In this document: piece by piece, positions 1 through 9,303 of the stretch
Numbering within the stretch: the stretch's first letter is position 1
How the letters are laid out: the number at the start of each line of letters is the position of its first letter
Assembly: GCA_963675785.1 (NCBI GenBank)
Contig: OY776562.1
Location: 896,001 to 960,000, forward strand
Source of the DNA: Anaerolineae bacterium
GTDB taxonomy: Bacteria > Chloroflexota > Anaerolineae > UBA1429
DNA: 64,000 nt
Reading direction: 5' to 3'
The notes under the pieces: model-generated
The model's input: the letters and a program-made list of their open reading frames with translations, nothing else
Database searches by the model: none
What the model was told of the DNA's origin: nothing
Program-made: the position numbers and the translations under genes

Positions 1-1
1 G

Positions 2-1237
2 GATTATGTGAGCCAACGGCATGTGCATGACCCGATTTTGGATGAGGTGTGGAATCGCGATTGGACGCTGCTCGAAAATCGCGAATTGGGCGAGCAGCTG
101 CACAAGGCAGTTTTCCTCAGCCACGCCTATATCAGTGCAGGGTCTTTTATTTCCACCGATACGGCAATGATCTGGAATCTTTTTATGCGCGTGCACACCG
201 AATGGATTGGTGGAGACATCAATCCGCAGGAGCTTGTGGCCTCTCCATCTCGTTCCATGCTCGAACTCGATCGCAAGGCGGCGGCTTTATGTGCCAGAAC
301 AGACGATGACGAGGATTTGGACAGGCTGTTGGTTGAATCCTTTTGGGATAAACGCTACCTGATGATTGATCCGGCGCTGATCGAACAGACGTGGGATATC
401 GCGTTGTTACACCCCGATTGGGTTGGTTTCAAGCAGCGTATTCAGGCGTACGCTCGGTCGGGTGATCATACCCCCGAGGCTATCAAAAAAGACAGCGAAA
501 GGCGCCAGAAACAAAAAAAGACAGCTCTGACTCGAGTTCGCGGCTTGCAAAAGCTGTTGTATGATAGGTTGCTGAACAGAACACAATCCCTGCTGCGACT
601 GGATGCGTCTCGTCTTGAACCGGCTGCCTGCTCTATGCTTGTTGAACACGAGATTTTGGAAGAAGTGGGGACACGGCTAGCGCGCAAAGGGTTGGCCAGA
701 AACAGGCAAGAGGCAGCACTGCTGGAATACCGCGAGGTGCAGGACTGGCTGCGTGGCCGATTGGGCGCGGAAGTTAAGGATCGTATTGCGGACCGGCGCG
801 AACTCTATCGGCAATGGTGGCGTTACCGCCCGCCTCAGGTGCTGGTTATTGAACCAGCGCACGAGGCAGTTAGTGAGGATGCCGAGGAAAGCGCGCCAGG
901 CGTGGCGGGACTTGCGGTTTCTCCTGGTGAAGTGATGGGACGGGTTCGTGTGCTGCATGGGCCGGGTGAGGGTACCAGTTTGTTGGCGGGAGAAGTGCTG
1001 GTTGTTGATGACCCACTATCAGAATACAGCCCGTTATTCAGTATCGCCTCTGCTATCATCAGTCGACAGGGCAGTCTGTTGGATCATGCTGCGACATTGG
1101 CGCGAGAATACGGCGTGCCGGCAGTGTTTTCGCTGCCCAACGCCACTACTGTTTTCAAGACGGGGGATATTGTCCATGTGAATGCCCACGACGGCATCGT
1201 TACCTCTCCACATCGGGCAGTCTCGTGGGATTCCTAG
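2..1237 (+). CDS. PEP-utilising enzyme mobile (His-swivel) domain protein, PPDK/rifampin phosphotransferase-like; 5'-truncated by window edge
   Basis: The frame is open from position 2. The C-terminus has GLAVSPGEVMGRVRV, GEVLV and GSLLDHAATLAREYGVPAV, which match the phospho-His swivel domain signature. Confidence 0.75.
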   Translation, partial: DYVSQRHVHDPILDEVWNRDWTLLENRELGEQLHKAVFLSHAYISAGSFISTDTAMIWNLFMRVHTEWIGGDINPQELVASPSRSMLELDRKAAALCARTDDDEDLDRLLVESFWDKRYLMIDPALIEQTWDIALLHPDWVGFKQRIQAYARSGDHTPEAIKKDSERRQKQKKTALTRVRGLQKLLYDRLLNRTQSLLRLDASRLEPAACSMLVEHEILEEVGTRLARKGLARNRQEAALLEYREVQDWLRGRLGAEVKDRIADRRELYRQWWRYRPPQVLVIEPAHEAVSEDAEESAPGVAGLAVSPGEVMGRVRVLHGPGEGTSLLAGEVLVVDDPLSEYSPLFSIASAIISRQGSLLDHAATLAREYGVPAVFSLPNATTVFKTGDIVHVNAHDGIVTSPHRAVSWDS

Positions 1238-1255
1238 TTAGGAAGGGCATGTTAA

Positions 1256-2155
1256 ATGAGTTTGTTATACGGCGGTATTGAGGCTGGCGGCACCAAATTC
1301 GTTTGTGCGATTGGCTCTGGCCCTGATGATATCCGCGCGGAGACGCGCTTTGCGACGACCACGCCGGAAGAGACAATTGGTCGCGCCGTCGAGTTCTTTG
1401 TGCGGAACAAACGTCTGGGGACGCTGAGCGGCCTTGGCATCGCTTCTTTTGGTCCGGTCGACCCCGACCCGGATTCGGATACGTTCGGCTATATCACCAC
1501 GACCCCAAAAGAAGGCTGGGAAAACACGGATTTTGTCGGTCAGATGAAAAAGGCCATTTATGTGCCAATTGGCTTTGATACGGATGTCAATGGTGCAGCT
1601 CTGGGCGAATTTCGTTGGGGAGCGGCCGTGGGACTGGATACGTTCGTCTATCTGACGATTGGCACGGGCATCGGCGGAGGCGGCATGGCCAATGGCCAGC
1701 TACTTCATGGTATGATGCATCCTGAGATGGGCCATCTGATGCTGCCTCGCTCATCACAAGAAGAGGCTTTTTCGGGCGTGTGCCCCTATCATGGTAGCTG
1801 CCTGGAGGGCCTGGCTTCGGGGCCGGCCATCGAGGCGCGCTGGGGCGCTCCGGCCCACGAATTGCCGGCTGAGCATGAGGTCTGGCAGTTGGAGGCTCAC
1901 TATCTGGCGCTGGGCATCTCTTCTATCGTGCTGGTCCTTTCGCCGCAGCGAGTCATCCTCGGCGGCGGTGTGATGGGACAGGCACAGCTTTACCCGATGA
2001 TACGCCGTGAGCTTCAAGATGTTCTAGCTGGCTATGTGCGTACGCCCGAGATTACGGTGGGCCTGGATGATTACATCGTTGCGCCTAAATTGGGCCCCCG
2101 TACTGGCGTTTTGGGGGCCATTGCCCTGGCTCAACGTGCGGCGGCCAGTGTCTGA
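1256..2155 (+). CDS. ROK-family fructokinase
   Basis: Motifs [41 protein letters not shown] and [14 protein letters not shown] match the ScrK/YdhR-type ROK pattern. Confidence 0.9.
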   Translation: MSLLYGGIEAGGTKFVCAIGSGPDDIRAETRFATTTPEETIGRAVEFFVRNKRLGTLSGLGIASFGPVDPDPDSDTFGYITTTPKEGWENTDFVGQMKKAIYVPIGFDTDVNGAALGEFRWGAAVGLDTFVYLTIGTGIGGGGMANGQLLHGMMHPEMGHLMLPRSSQEEAFSGVCPYHGSCLEGLASGPAIEARWGAPAHELPAEHEVWQLEAHYLALGISSIVLVLSPQRVILGGGVMGQAQLYPMIRRELQDVLAGYVRTPEITVGLDDYIVAPKLGPRTGVLGAIALAQRAAASV

Positions 2156-2159
2156 ACAG

Positions 2160-2723
2160 ATGGGTAACGACGCTCTGCTTGGCCGGCTTGTGACTGAAGG
2201 GCGTATGATCGTCTATGAAGGGGACATCACCCGTCTTGAGGTGGATGCCATTGTGAATGCGGCCAATTCGTCGCTGTTGGGCGGCGGAGGCGTCGATGGT
2301 GCCATCCATCGTGCGGCGGGGCCTGAACTGTTGGCAGAGTGCCAAACACTGGGCGGTTGCCCACTCGGCGAGGCCCGTGTTACAAAGGGGTATCGGCTGC
2401 CAGCGAGGCATGTCATCCACACGGTGGGGCCGATCTGGCACGGTGGCACGCACGGTGAGGACGAGACGCTGGTGCGCTGTTGTCGAAATAGCCTGAGGGT
2501 CTGTGAATTGGATGAGCTGGATACGGTAGCGTTTCCGTCCATTAGCACAGGGGCATACGGTTTTCCGATAGAGAGAGCAGCAAGCATCGCTGTGAGAACG
2601 GTGGCAGCTTATCTGGCCGAGCATGAACATCCGAGGCAGGTGATCTTTGTGACATTTGGTCACCTGGCGACAGAGATATATTGTGAGCTTTGTGAAAAAG
2701 ATAGAGGAGCGAATTGTGAGTGA
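2160..2723 (+). CDS. Macrodomain O-acetyl-ADP-ribose deacetylase (YmdB/MacroD-like)
   Basis: Motifs [33 protein letters not shown] and [13 protein letters not shown]. The start was placed at ATG 2160, just after the ROK stop codon. Confidence 0.9.
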   Translation: MGNDALLGRLVTEGRMIVYEGDITRLEVDAIVNAANSSLLGGGGVDGAIHRAAGPELLAECQTLGGCPLGEARVTKGYRLPARHVIHTVGPIWHGGTHGEDETLVRCCRNSLRVCELDELDTVAFPSISTGAYGFPIERAASIAVRTVAAYLAEHEHPRQVIFVTFGHLATEIYCELCEKDRGANCE

Positions 2724-3585
2724 ACGCATAGCATATATCGAGGCCTTTTCCGGCGCGAGCGGTGACATGTTGCTGGGGGCCATGATCGATGCTGGTCTCA
2801 AGTTGGACGAACTAGAGGAAGCTATCAGCAAGCTGGGCCTTGCTGATGTGGAACTGGTTGCCAAGCCCGTCGTCAGCCACGGCATATCTGGCACGCATCT
2901 TGACGTGATCGATAACGGACACGACCGACCAGCGCATAATCTACCGGCTATCCGCAAGATTATTGGTGAGGCTGATCTGGATGCTGACGTCAAGCATGAT
3001 GCGTTGCATGTCTTTGAACTGATCGGCGTGGCCGAGGCGGCAGTTCACGGGGTTTCCATCGATCAAGTGCACTTTCACGAAGTTGGGGCCGTGGATTCCT
3101 TGGTGGATATTGTGGGATTCTGCTGGGCGCGTTTGCATCTAGGAATCAAAAAGGTGTATTGTTCAGCGTTGCCACTGGGCAATGGCACGATTCGCACCGA
3201 GCACGGCCTTTTGCCGGTGCCAGCGCCGGCTACTCTGGCCATCCTCACGGCGGCTCGGGTGCCAACAGTGCGCTCGGATGGGCAGAGCGAGATGGTTACC
3301 CCTACAGGCGCGGCTCTGGTGGCTTATCACGCCGAGTTTGTTCGTCCTTCCATGCGCGGCGAGTCGGTAGGCTATGGCTTTGGTACGCGCGAGATGCCCT
3401 GGGCCAACATGCTGCGTATCACCATCGGCGAGGCCCTGGATGAAACCTGGTGGGCCGCGGGGCAGGGAGCAGATGCTCATGTACACGAGCACAGTCATAC
3501 CCATGAGCACGAAGAACATAACCACACCCATGATCATGATCATGGCCATACGCATAGCCATACCCATGAGAGCGAATCGGTCTGA
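2716..3585 (+). CDS. larC: LarC-family nickel insertase, N-terminal (LarC1-like) part only, with His-rich C-terminal tail
   Basis: Motifs [58 protein letters not shown] and NMLR. GTG start at 2716 follows GAGGAG. The last ~35 residues contain 15 His. Confidence 0.85.
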   Translation: MSERIAYIEAFSGASGDMLLGAMIDAGLKLDELEEAISKLGLADVELVAKPVVSHGISGTHLDVIDNGHDRPAHNLPAIRKIIGEADLDADVKHDALHVFELIGVAEAAVHGVSIDQVHFHEVGAVDSLVDIVGFCWARLHLGIKKVYCSALPLGNGTIRTEHGLLPVPAPATLAILTAARVPTVRSDGQSEMVTPTGAALVAYHAEFVRPSMRGESVGYGFGTREMPWANMLRITIGEALDETWWAAGQGADAHVHEHSHTHEHEEHNHTHDHDHGHTHSHTHESESV

Positions 3586-3633
3586 ATAACGACGTGGGGT
3601 ATGGCGTCATTGATGCATTTTCTGGAGAAAAAG

Positions 3634-4854
3634 ATGATTATTAGAGAATATCGTGAAACCGATAAAGAAGCCGCTCACCGCATCTGGAAAGAGGTTGGCT
3701 GGCTCGATGAAGGCGAAGAAGCCGTCATCGATTTTATGCTGGGCATTGGCCATAACATGGTGGCTGATTTTGACGGCACGGCCGAGTGCCTGGTTTTGAG
3801 CATTCCTGGCGATTTGGACTATTTGGGCGAGCGTCTGCCTTTTTGCGGTATCAATGGCGTGACGACGAGTCAAATCATTCGCAAACGTGGTGCAGCCGGG
3901 CGCGTTTTGGCACAGAACCTGGCCTGGAACGCTCAGCAGGGCGCGTTGGTGGCCGGTTTGGGCATTTTTGATCAGGGTTTTTACGACAAGCTAGGCTTTG
4001 GTACGGGGCCCATGGTGCACAGCACATCGTTTGATCCACGTGATTTGAATGTACCCATCACTGAGCGCTTGCCTGTTCGCCTGTTGGCTGAGAACTGGCA
4101 AGAAGTGCATGATGCACGGGTGGCCAGGCTGCGGGGACACGGCAGTGTGAGCTTTAAGGATGCTGATTTCACGCGTTCTGGGGTGGCTGAGGGCAAGAAA
4201 AAGGCTTACGGTCTAGGATATCGCAACGACGAGGGTGTGCTGACGCATTACCTCTGGATGAAGCCTGCGGCTGAGCATGGGCCGACGGATATATGGTTCG
4301 TCGTCTACCAGACTACTGAGCAGCTCATGGAGTTGTTGGGGTTGATCAAGAGCCTGGGGGATCAATACTATACGGTGAACTTGCAGGATCCTACAGGCGT
4401 GCAGCTTCAGGATCTGATCAGGCAACCCTTCCGCAGGGCACGTATTGGTGACAAGGCCAAGCACAGCACGGGAACGCACGCTGCTGCCTGGTGGCAGATG
4501 CGTATGCTGGATGTGCCGGGCTGCTTGGCTGAGACCCACTTGCCGACAGGAAAAGTTTCTTTCAACCTCGAGTTGACCGACCCCATCGAGCGTTATCTCG
4601 AAGAGTCAGAATGGAAGGGCGTTGGCGGCCAATATGTGGTAACACTGGGCACGGATTCCAGTGCTGAGCCTGGATGTGATGCGACATTGCCCACGCTCAA
4701 GGCATCGGTGAATGCCTTTACGCGGATGTGGCTTGGCGTGCTGCCAGCTACGTCTCTGGCCATCACTGATGATCTGACTGGTCCGAAAGAGCTGCTAGAG
4801 GCATTGGATTGGCAGTTGCGATTGCCCAAGCCCAGCCTTGAGTGGGGGTTCTAG
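3634..4854 (+). CDS. Eis-like GNAT acetyltransferase with C-terminal SCP2-like domain
   Basis: Acetyl-CoA motif GVTT..IRKRGAAG and FYDKLGF. The ~400-aa Eis-like length and the C-terminal FTRMWLG segment fit. GGAG precedes ATG 3634. Confidence 0.7.
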   Translation: MIIREYRETDKEAAHRIWKEVGWLDEGEEAVIDFMLGIGHNMVADFDGTAECLVLSIPGDLDYLGERLPFCGINGVTTSQIIRKRGAAGRVLAQNLAWNAQQGALVAGLGIFDQGFYDKLGFGTGPMVHSTSFDPRDLNVPITERLPVRLLAENWQEVHDARVARLRGHGSVSFKDADFTRSGVAEGKKKAYGLGYRNDEGVLTHYLWMKPAAEHGPTDIWFVVYQTTEQLMELLGLIKSLGDQYYTVNLQDPTGVQLQDLIRQPFRRARIGDKAKHSTGTHAAAWWQMRMLDVPGCLAETHLPTGKVSFNLELTDPIERYLEESEWKGVGGQYVVTLGTDSSAEPGCDATLPTLKASVNAFTRMWLGVLPATSLAITDDLTGPKELLEALDWQLRLPKPSLEWGF

Positions 4855-4873
4855 CAAGTTATAGGGTATGGAG

Positions 4874-4914
4874 GAGTGCCGGTAGGCCCGAGAGAGCCTA
4901 CCGGCACTCTTTTT
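4874..4914 (+). terminator. Intrinsic terminator
   Basis: Perfect 14-bp stem gagtgccggtaggc/gcctaccggcactc followed by a T-run. Confidence 0.85.
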
Positions 4915-4934
4915 GTTGCATCAAAAGGAGGTGA

Positions 4935-4975
4935 TTGACAGATACACGTCAGGCTGTATAATAAGGTGAACCTAA
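4935..4975 (+). promoter_or_regulatory. Sigma70-type promoter with overlapping DtxR/SirR/MntR-type operator
   Basis: TTGACA (4935-4940), 16-nt spacer, TATAAT (4957-4962). TAAGGTGAACCTAA (4962-4975) matches the palindrome TTAGGTTAACCTAA at 12 of 14 positions. Confidence 0.7.
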
Positions 4976-4993
4976 AAATTGGAGCGTCATACG

Positions 4994-5680
4994 ATGGCTT
5001 GCCAAAAGAAACAACAAGAGAGTCTTTCCGCCAGCAGCGAGATGTACCTGGTGCATCTGGCGCGGCTCGAGGAAAAAGGCAATCCGGTGCCCATTCGACT
5101 GTTATCCGAGGCACTGGAGGTCTCGCCGGTCTCTGCCAACGAGATGTGCAGGCGCCTGGAACAACTGGGCATGCTCGAATATATTCCCTACCGTGGGGCA
5201 CGACTGCTCGAAAAGGGACGTGACATTGCCGACTATGTAGAGCGGCGCCATCGGCTGTGGGAGGTCTTTTTGGTAGACCGTTTGGGCCTGGAACCCGCCA
5301 GGGCGGATGCCATTGCCTGCGACCTGGAGCATGTAACTACCGATGAGCTGGAGGACCGCCTGGATGCCTTTTTGGGGCGCCCGGCGCATACGCCTGCGGG
5401 TTTGCCTATCCCTCCGGCAGAGCGTCAGCTTCGTACACTGCCGCTTTCGGCGTTGGCTGTGGGCACGCGCGCTGTGGTGGCGAATATAGGTGGCGGGGCT
5501 GGCATTCGCGAGTATTTGGCGCAGGCTGAGCTATCCGCCGGCGCCGAGATAGAGATTCGAGCGCGCTGTAACCACGGCACTTTGTTGATGGTGGGCGATA
5601 CTTTTATTACGGTAATGCCAGAGATTGAAGAGAGCGTTCGTGTAACGGTGAGCGAGGAAGGGCGATATGTTGCAGCTTGA
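4994..5680 (+). CDS. DtxR/MntR-family metal-dependent repressor with C-terminal FeoA/SH3-like domain
   Basis: Motifs EMYL, LEVSPVSANEM, RRHRLWEVFL, ACDLEH, FLGRP..TPAGLPIP, and a FeoA-like LPLSAL...L.AG.EI tail. Confidence 0.9.
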   Translation: MACQKKQQESLSASSEMYLVHLARLEEKGNPVPIRLLSEALEVSPVSANEMCRRLEQLGMLEYIPYRGARLLEKGRDIADYVERRHRLWEVFLVDRLGLEPARADAIACDLEHVTTDELEDRLDAFLGRPAHTPAGLPIPPAERQLRTLPLSALAVGTRAVVANIGGGAGIREYLAQAELSAGAEIEIRARCNHGTLLMVGDTFITVMPEIEESVRVTVSEEGRYVAA

Positions 5681-5930
5681 TGCGCTTCTTGCTGCTCTTG
5701 CGCATGGCGAGACCCAAGCCGATATTCTTATTGATAGCCAGATTACACCCGATCTACTGGACCAAATGATGCTCGACCTGGTTCGCGGCGGCTATCTGGA
5801 ACGGTTTGAGGCTGGTTGTGCATCCGGAGGCTGTTCGGGTTGCAGCCTCGCCGGTAGTTGCAAGGGCATTGTTGGTTGGAGCTTGACCGAGCGTGGCAAG
5901 TCCGTGGTTCAGGCTCGATTGCATAAATAG
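5667..5930 (+). CDS. FeoC-like winged-helix protein with Cys cluster
   Basis: 87 aa. An HTH-like MMLDLVRGGYL segment is followed by CASGGCSGCSLAGSC. Confidence 0.65.
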   Translation: MLQLDALLAALAHGETQADILIDSQITPDLLDQMMLDLVRGGYLERFEAGCASGGCSGCSLAGSCKGIVGWSLTERGKSVVQARLHK

Positions 5931-5939
5931 GAGGTGGTT

Positions 5940-6701
5940 ATGGATACCACTTTGGAAGTACGGCATCTATCCGTCAAGGTTGGGAATGACCTACTTCTCA
6001 ATGATGTGAATATGTTGATCCCTTCGGGCGAAGTACATGCCCTTTTGGGGCCGAATGGCAGCGGCAAAACAACGTTGCTGATGACCATTATGGGCTACCC
6101 TTCCTACAATGTTGTCGAGGGGCAGATATTATTCGGTGGACAGGATATTACTCACCTGGATTCCACAGAGCGGGCTCGGCTGGGCATTCGCATCAGCCAA
6201 CAGCGACCGCCTACAATTGCGGGCGTCAAGCAACGCCAACTACTCGACTATATGGTCGGCGGCGACGCCATGGCCAAGCCTGAAGTGGCCAGGCTGGTCG
6301 AGATGACCGGCATGACCTCTTTTCTCGATCGTGACCTGAACGCCGGCCTTTCCGGCGGAGAGATCAAGCGATCCGAACTGTTGCACCTCCTCGTGGCAGA
6401 TCCGAGTTTTGTCATGCTGGACGAGCCCGAATCGGGCGTGGATGTGGGTTCAATGAAGATTGTGGGGCAGCTCATCAATAAGCTGTTCACGCGCGATACG
6501 GAGCATCCAGCTTTGCGGCGCACCGGCCTGGTTATCACCCACACCGGCCAAATACTGGACTATATTGAGGCGGACAAGGGGCACGTGATGTTGGGCACCA
6601 CCATTGCCTGCTCTGGCAACCCGCGCATCATTCTCGCCGAAGCCGGAGAATCTGGCTATGAGGCCTGTGTGCGCTGTCTCGCCGAAGGAGCCTGTCGATG
6701 A
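5940..6701 (+). CDS. sufC: SufC-like ATPase (SmsC type)
   Basis: Walker A GPNGSGKT, GLSGGEIKRSE, LDEPESGVD, VITHTG, and a C-terminal CVRC. Confidence 0.85.
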   Translation: MDTTLEVRHLSVKVGNDLLLNDVNMLIPSGEVHALLGPNGSGKTTLLMTIMGYPSYNVVEGQILFGGQDITHLDSTERARLGIRISQQRPPTIAGVKQRQLLDYMVGGDAMAKPEVARLVEMTGMTSFLDRDLNAGLSGGEIKRSELLHLLVADPSFVMLDEPESGVDVGSMKIVGQLINKLFTRDTEHPALRRTGLVITHTGQILDYIEADKGHVMLGTTIACSGNPRIILAEAGESGYEACVRCLAEGACR

Positions 6702-7843
6702 GCACAACATACAAAGCTGAAACCAACGTTACGGGCTCACCGGTACAAGTAACGCCTGAAGAGGCCCGGGAATTGGAACAGGTCGGCGTGGTTGTGGATT
6801 CCCAAGAGCGGTCGGGAACCTACATTCTTAACGATGACCACAGCCAGTGTTCGCCCATTGTGGTAGGCGGCCTGGAGCTGTTGCCCATTGCCTATGCTCT
6901 CAAAAAGTATGATTGGCTATCCGAGTACTTTTGGCAGCTCGTTTCACCCGACAAGGATGAGATCACCCGTGAAATTGCCGCCCAACCAGAGCCGCAGGGA
7001 TTCTTCTTACGCGTGCGCAAAGGCTCCAAGATTACTATGCCTTTTCAGGCGGCCCTGCACATGACCAGTCCGGATTCGACCCAGGCAGTACACAACCTGG
7101 TCATTGTTGAAGAGGACGGCGAACTCAACTTTATTACTGGTTGCGTCAGTGGGCATCATGTGCACCGCGGATTGCATTTGGCTGTAACTGAAACTTTTGT
7201 GGGGCGTAGTGCTACGGTCACAAACTCGATGGTCCATAATTGGGGACCGGGGATCAAGGTGCGTCCGCGCGCGGCGACACTGGTTGAAGAAAACGGCACG
7301 TTTGTGAGCAACTATGTCTCTTTGGAGCCGGCCGGCGATATCCAAATGGATCCGTTGACCATTCTCAAGGGGGATAACGCGACGGCACGCTTTTATACGG
7401 TGATTCTCGGTTCAGCCGACTCTCTCATTGATACGGGCGGCACCATATTGTTACAAGGCAAGAACACCAGCGCAGAGGTGGTGCAGCGCGCCGTATCTGT
7501 TGGGGGGCATATGATTCAGCGCGGTCTCATTGTGGGTGAAAACGCCAGCAAGGGCCATGTCGATTGTTCGGGTATGCTTATGGGTAAGGCAGGGGCAGGG
7601 TCGATCAAGGCAGTGCCTGGCATAGAATCGAAACACGCAGATGCGCAGCTCAGTCATGAGGCCAGCATCGGCAAGATTGCGCAGGAGCAGATATCTTATT
7701 TACAGGCACATGGTATGGACGAGGCCGAAGCAGTATCGATGATCCTTCGAGGTTTTTTGACACAGGGTGTTGTTGGCCTGGGAGAGGATTTGGACGCTCG
7801 GATACGAGATATTACTGACCTGGCTCTTCAGGCCGAAGGCTAA
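6698..7843 (+). CDS. sufB: SufB/SufD-family Fe-S scaffold (SmsB type)
   Basis: Motifs FLRV, QAVHNLVIVEE, ITGC, MVHNW, KGHVDCSG, LSHEASIGKI and EAVSMILRGFL. Overlaps sufC by ATGA. Confidence 0.85.
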   Translation: MSTTYKAETNVTGSPVQVTPEEARELEQVGVVVDSQERSGTYILNDDHSQCSPIVVGGLELLPIAYALKKYDWLSEYFWQLVSPDKDEITREIAAQPEPQGFFLRVRKGSKITMPFQAALHMTSPDSTQAVHNLVIVEEDGELNFITGCVSGHHVHRGLHLAVTETFVGRSATVTNSMVHNWGPGIKVRPRAATLVEENGTFVSNYVSLEPAGDIQMDPLTILKGDNATARFYTVILGSADSLIDTGGTILLQGKNTSAEVVQRAVSVGGHMIQRGLIVGENASKGHVDCSGMLMGKAGAGSIKAVPGIESKHADAQLSHEASIGKIAQEQISYLQAHGMDEAEAVSMILRGFLTQGVVGLGEDLDARIRDITDLALQAEG

Positions 7844-7855
7844 TTTGCAGATTTT

Positions 7856-7882
7856 CGAGGCGCATCCGCTGGATGCGCCTCG
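7856..7882 (+). terminator. Hairpin terminator after sufB
   Basis: Stem cgaggcgcatcc/ggatgcgcctcg followed by T-rich sequence. Confidence 0.7.
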
Positions 7883-7954
7883 TTATATTTTACAGCTTGG
7901 TAAAGACAGGTGACGGGGTTATACTCTGCCTGTTCTGATTAAAGGAGGAATCGA

Positions 7955-9298
7955 GTGGGCGCTAGCATTCAAGACGGGGACCTAAAACGGTTTAGTGACG
8001 CATTCGAGTCGACCCCTGCAGGCCGGCTGGCAATGAACGCGGTAACACAGAACGGCGTTTCGGCAGTAGCAATCAATCGCAAGGTTGTTGTTTCAACGGA
8101 CCATACCTATTCGGTTCTGGTAGAAACTCCGGAAGCAACCAATCAAATGCGTTCGGGGCGCTGTTGGCTTTTCTCGGGCCTGAACACGTTGCGGCTCGAA
8201 GCCATGAAGAAGATGAAATTGGATAGTTTCGAGCTCTCTCAGGCCTATCTGATGTTCTGGGACAAGCTGGAAAAGGCCAATTTCTTTTTCGAAAACATCA
8301 TCGAGACGCGCGACGAGCCTTTGAACGGCCGATTGGTGATGTGGCTGCTAATGGCTCCTTTGGGCGACGGCGGCCAGTGGGATATGTTCGTTAACCTGGT
8401 GGAAAAGTATGGCGTGGTGCCCAAGAGCGTCATGCCAGAAAGTTTTGCCAGCAGCGAGACCCGCATGATGAACGCGCTGCTGACGGCTCGCCTACGCGAG
8501 GATGCAGCGATTTTGCGCGATATGAACGAATCCGGCGCTTCTGTTGATGCGCTGCGAGAGAAAAAAGATGAGATGCTCAGCCGGTTTTACCGTATGCTGG
8601 TGACGCACGTAGGCGAGCCGCCCCGCGAATTTGCCTGGGAGTGGCGCGATAAGGACAAGAAATTCCATCGCCACGAGGGCCTCATTACGCCGCGCGAATT
8701 CTTGGACAAGTATGTGGACGTCGATATGTCCAAAAAGGCTTGTGTGATCAATGCGCCCACGGCCGACAAGCCCTATAATCATATGTTCACCGTACAGTAT
8801 CTGGGCAACGTGGTGGGGGGGTACCCCGTGCGTTATTTGAACGTCGAGATCGAGACGCTCAAGCAGGCCGCTGTGGATCAACTGGTTGCCGGAAAAGTTG
8901 TCTGGTTTGGTTGTGATGTGGGCAAGATGCTGGAGCGCAAATTGGGCATCATGGACCTCGACCTTTACGATTACGAACTGGTATACGGTACCCCCTTTGA
9001 ACAGGACAAGGCGGGAAGGCTGGATTACGGCCAGAGCGTGATGACTCATGCCATGGTGTTAACGGGTGTCGATTTGGATGCCGATGGCAAGCCAACCAAG
9101 TGGCGTGTCGAGAATAGCTGGGGCACCGAGATTGGAGACAAGGGCTACATGGTCATGTCTGATGCCTGGTTTGACGAGTATCTTTACGAGATCACGGTGG
9201 ATAAGAAATATCTGCCTGCCAAGTTGCTGCCCGTGCTAGAGACCGAACCCATCGTGCTGCCGCCGTGGGATCCCATGGGCTCACTCGCCCGTTCGTGA
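7955..9298 (+). CDS. pepC: Aminopeptidase C (bleomycin hydrolase, peptidase C1B)
   Basis: Motifs NQMRSGRCWLF, FWDKLEKAN, DGGQW, MTHAM, WRVENSWG, and C-terminal PWDPMGSLA. AAAGGAGG ribosome-binding site. Confidence 0.95.
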   Translation: MGASIQDGDLKRFSDAFESTPAGRLAMNAVTQNGVSAVAINRKVVVSTDHTYSVLVETPEATNQMRSGRCWLFSGLNTLRLEAMKKMKLDSFELSQAYLMFWDKLEKANFFFENIIETRDEPLNGRLVMWLLMAPLGDGGQWDMFVNLVEKYGVVPKSVMPESFASSETRMMNALLTARLREDAAILRDMNESGASVDALREKKDEMLSRFYRMLVTHVGEPPREFAWEWRDKDKKFHRHEGLITPREFLDKYVDVDMSKKACVINAPTADKPYNHMFTVQYLGNVVGGYPVRYLNVEIETLKQAAVDQLVAGKVVWFGCDVGKMLERKLGIMDLDLYDYELVYGTPFEQDKAGRLDYGQSVMTHAMVLTGVDLDADGKPTKWRVENSWGTEIGDKGYMVMSDAWFDEYLYEITVDKKYLPAKLLPVLETEPIVLPPWDPMGSLARS

Positions 9299-9303
9299 AG
9301 CGA

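Noticed and set aside
2085-2993. 302-aa minus-strand ORF, and many other long antisense/alternate-frame ORFs (e.g. 19479-20315, 50621-51418, 54120-54878)
   Set aside because: They lie over genes with clear family motifs and have no recognisable motifs of their own. Such shadow ORFs are expected in GC-rich coding DNA.
3421-3640. Programmed frameshift producing full-length LarC
   Set aside because: I found no LarC2-like sequence in the other frames, and the next gene is an unrelated GNAT.
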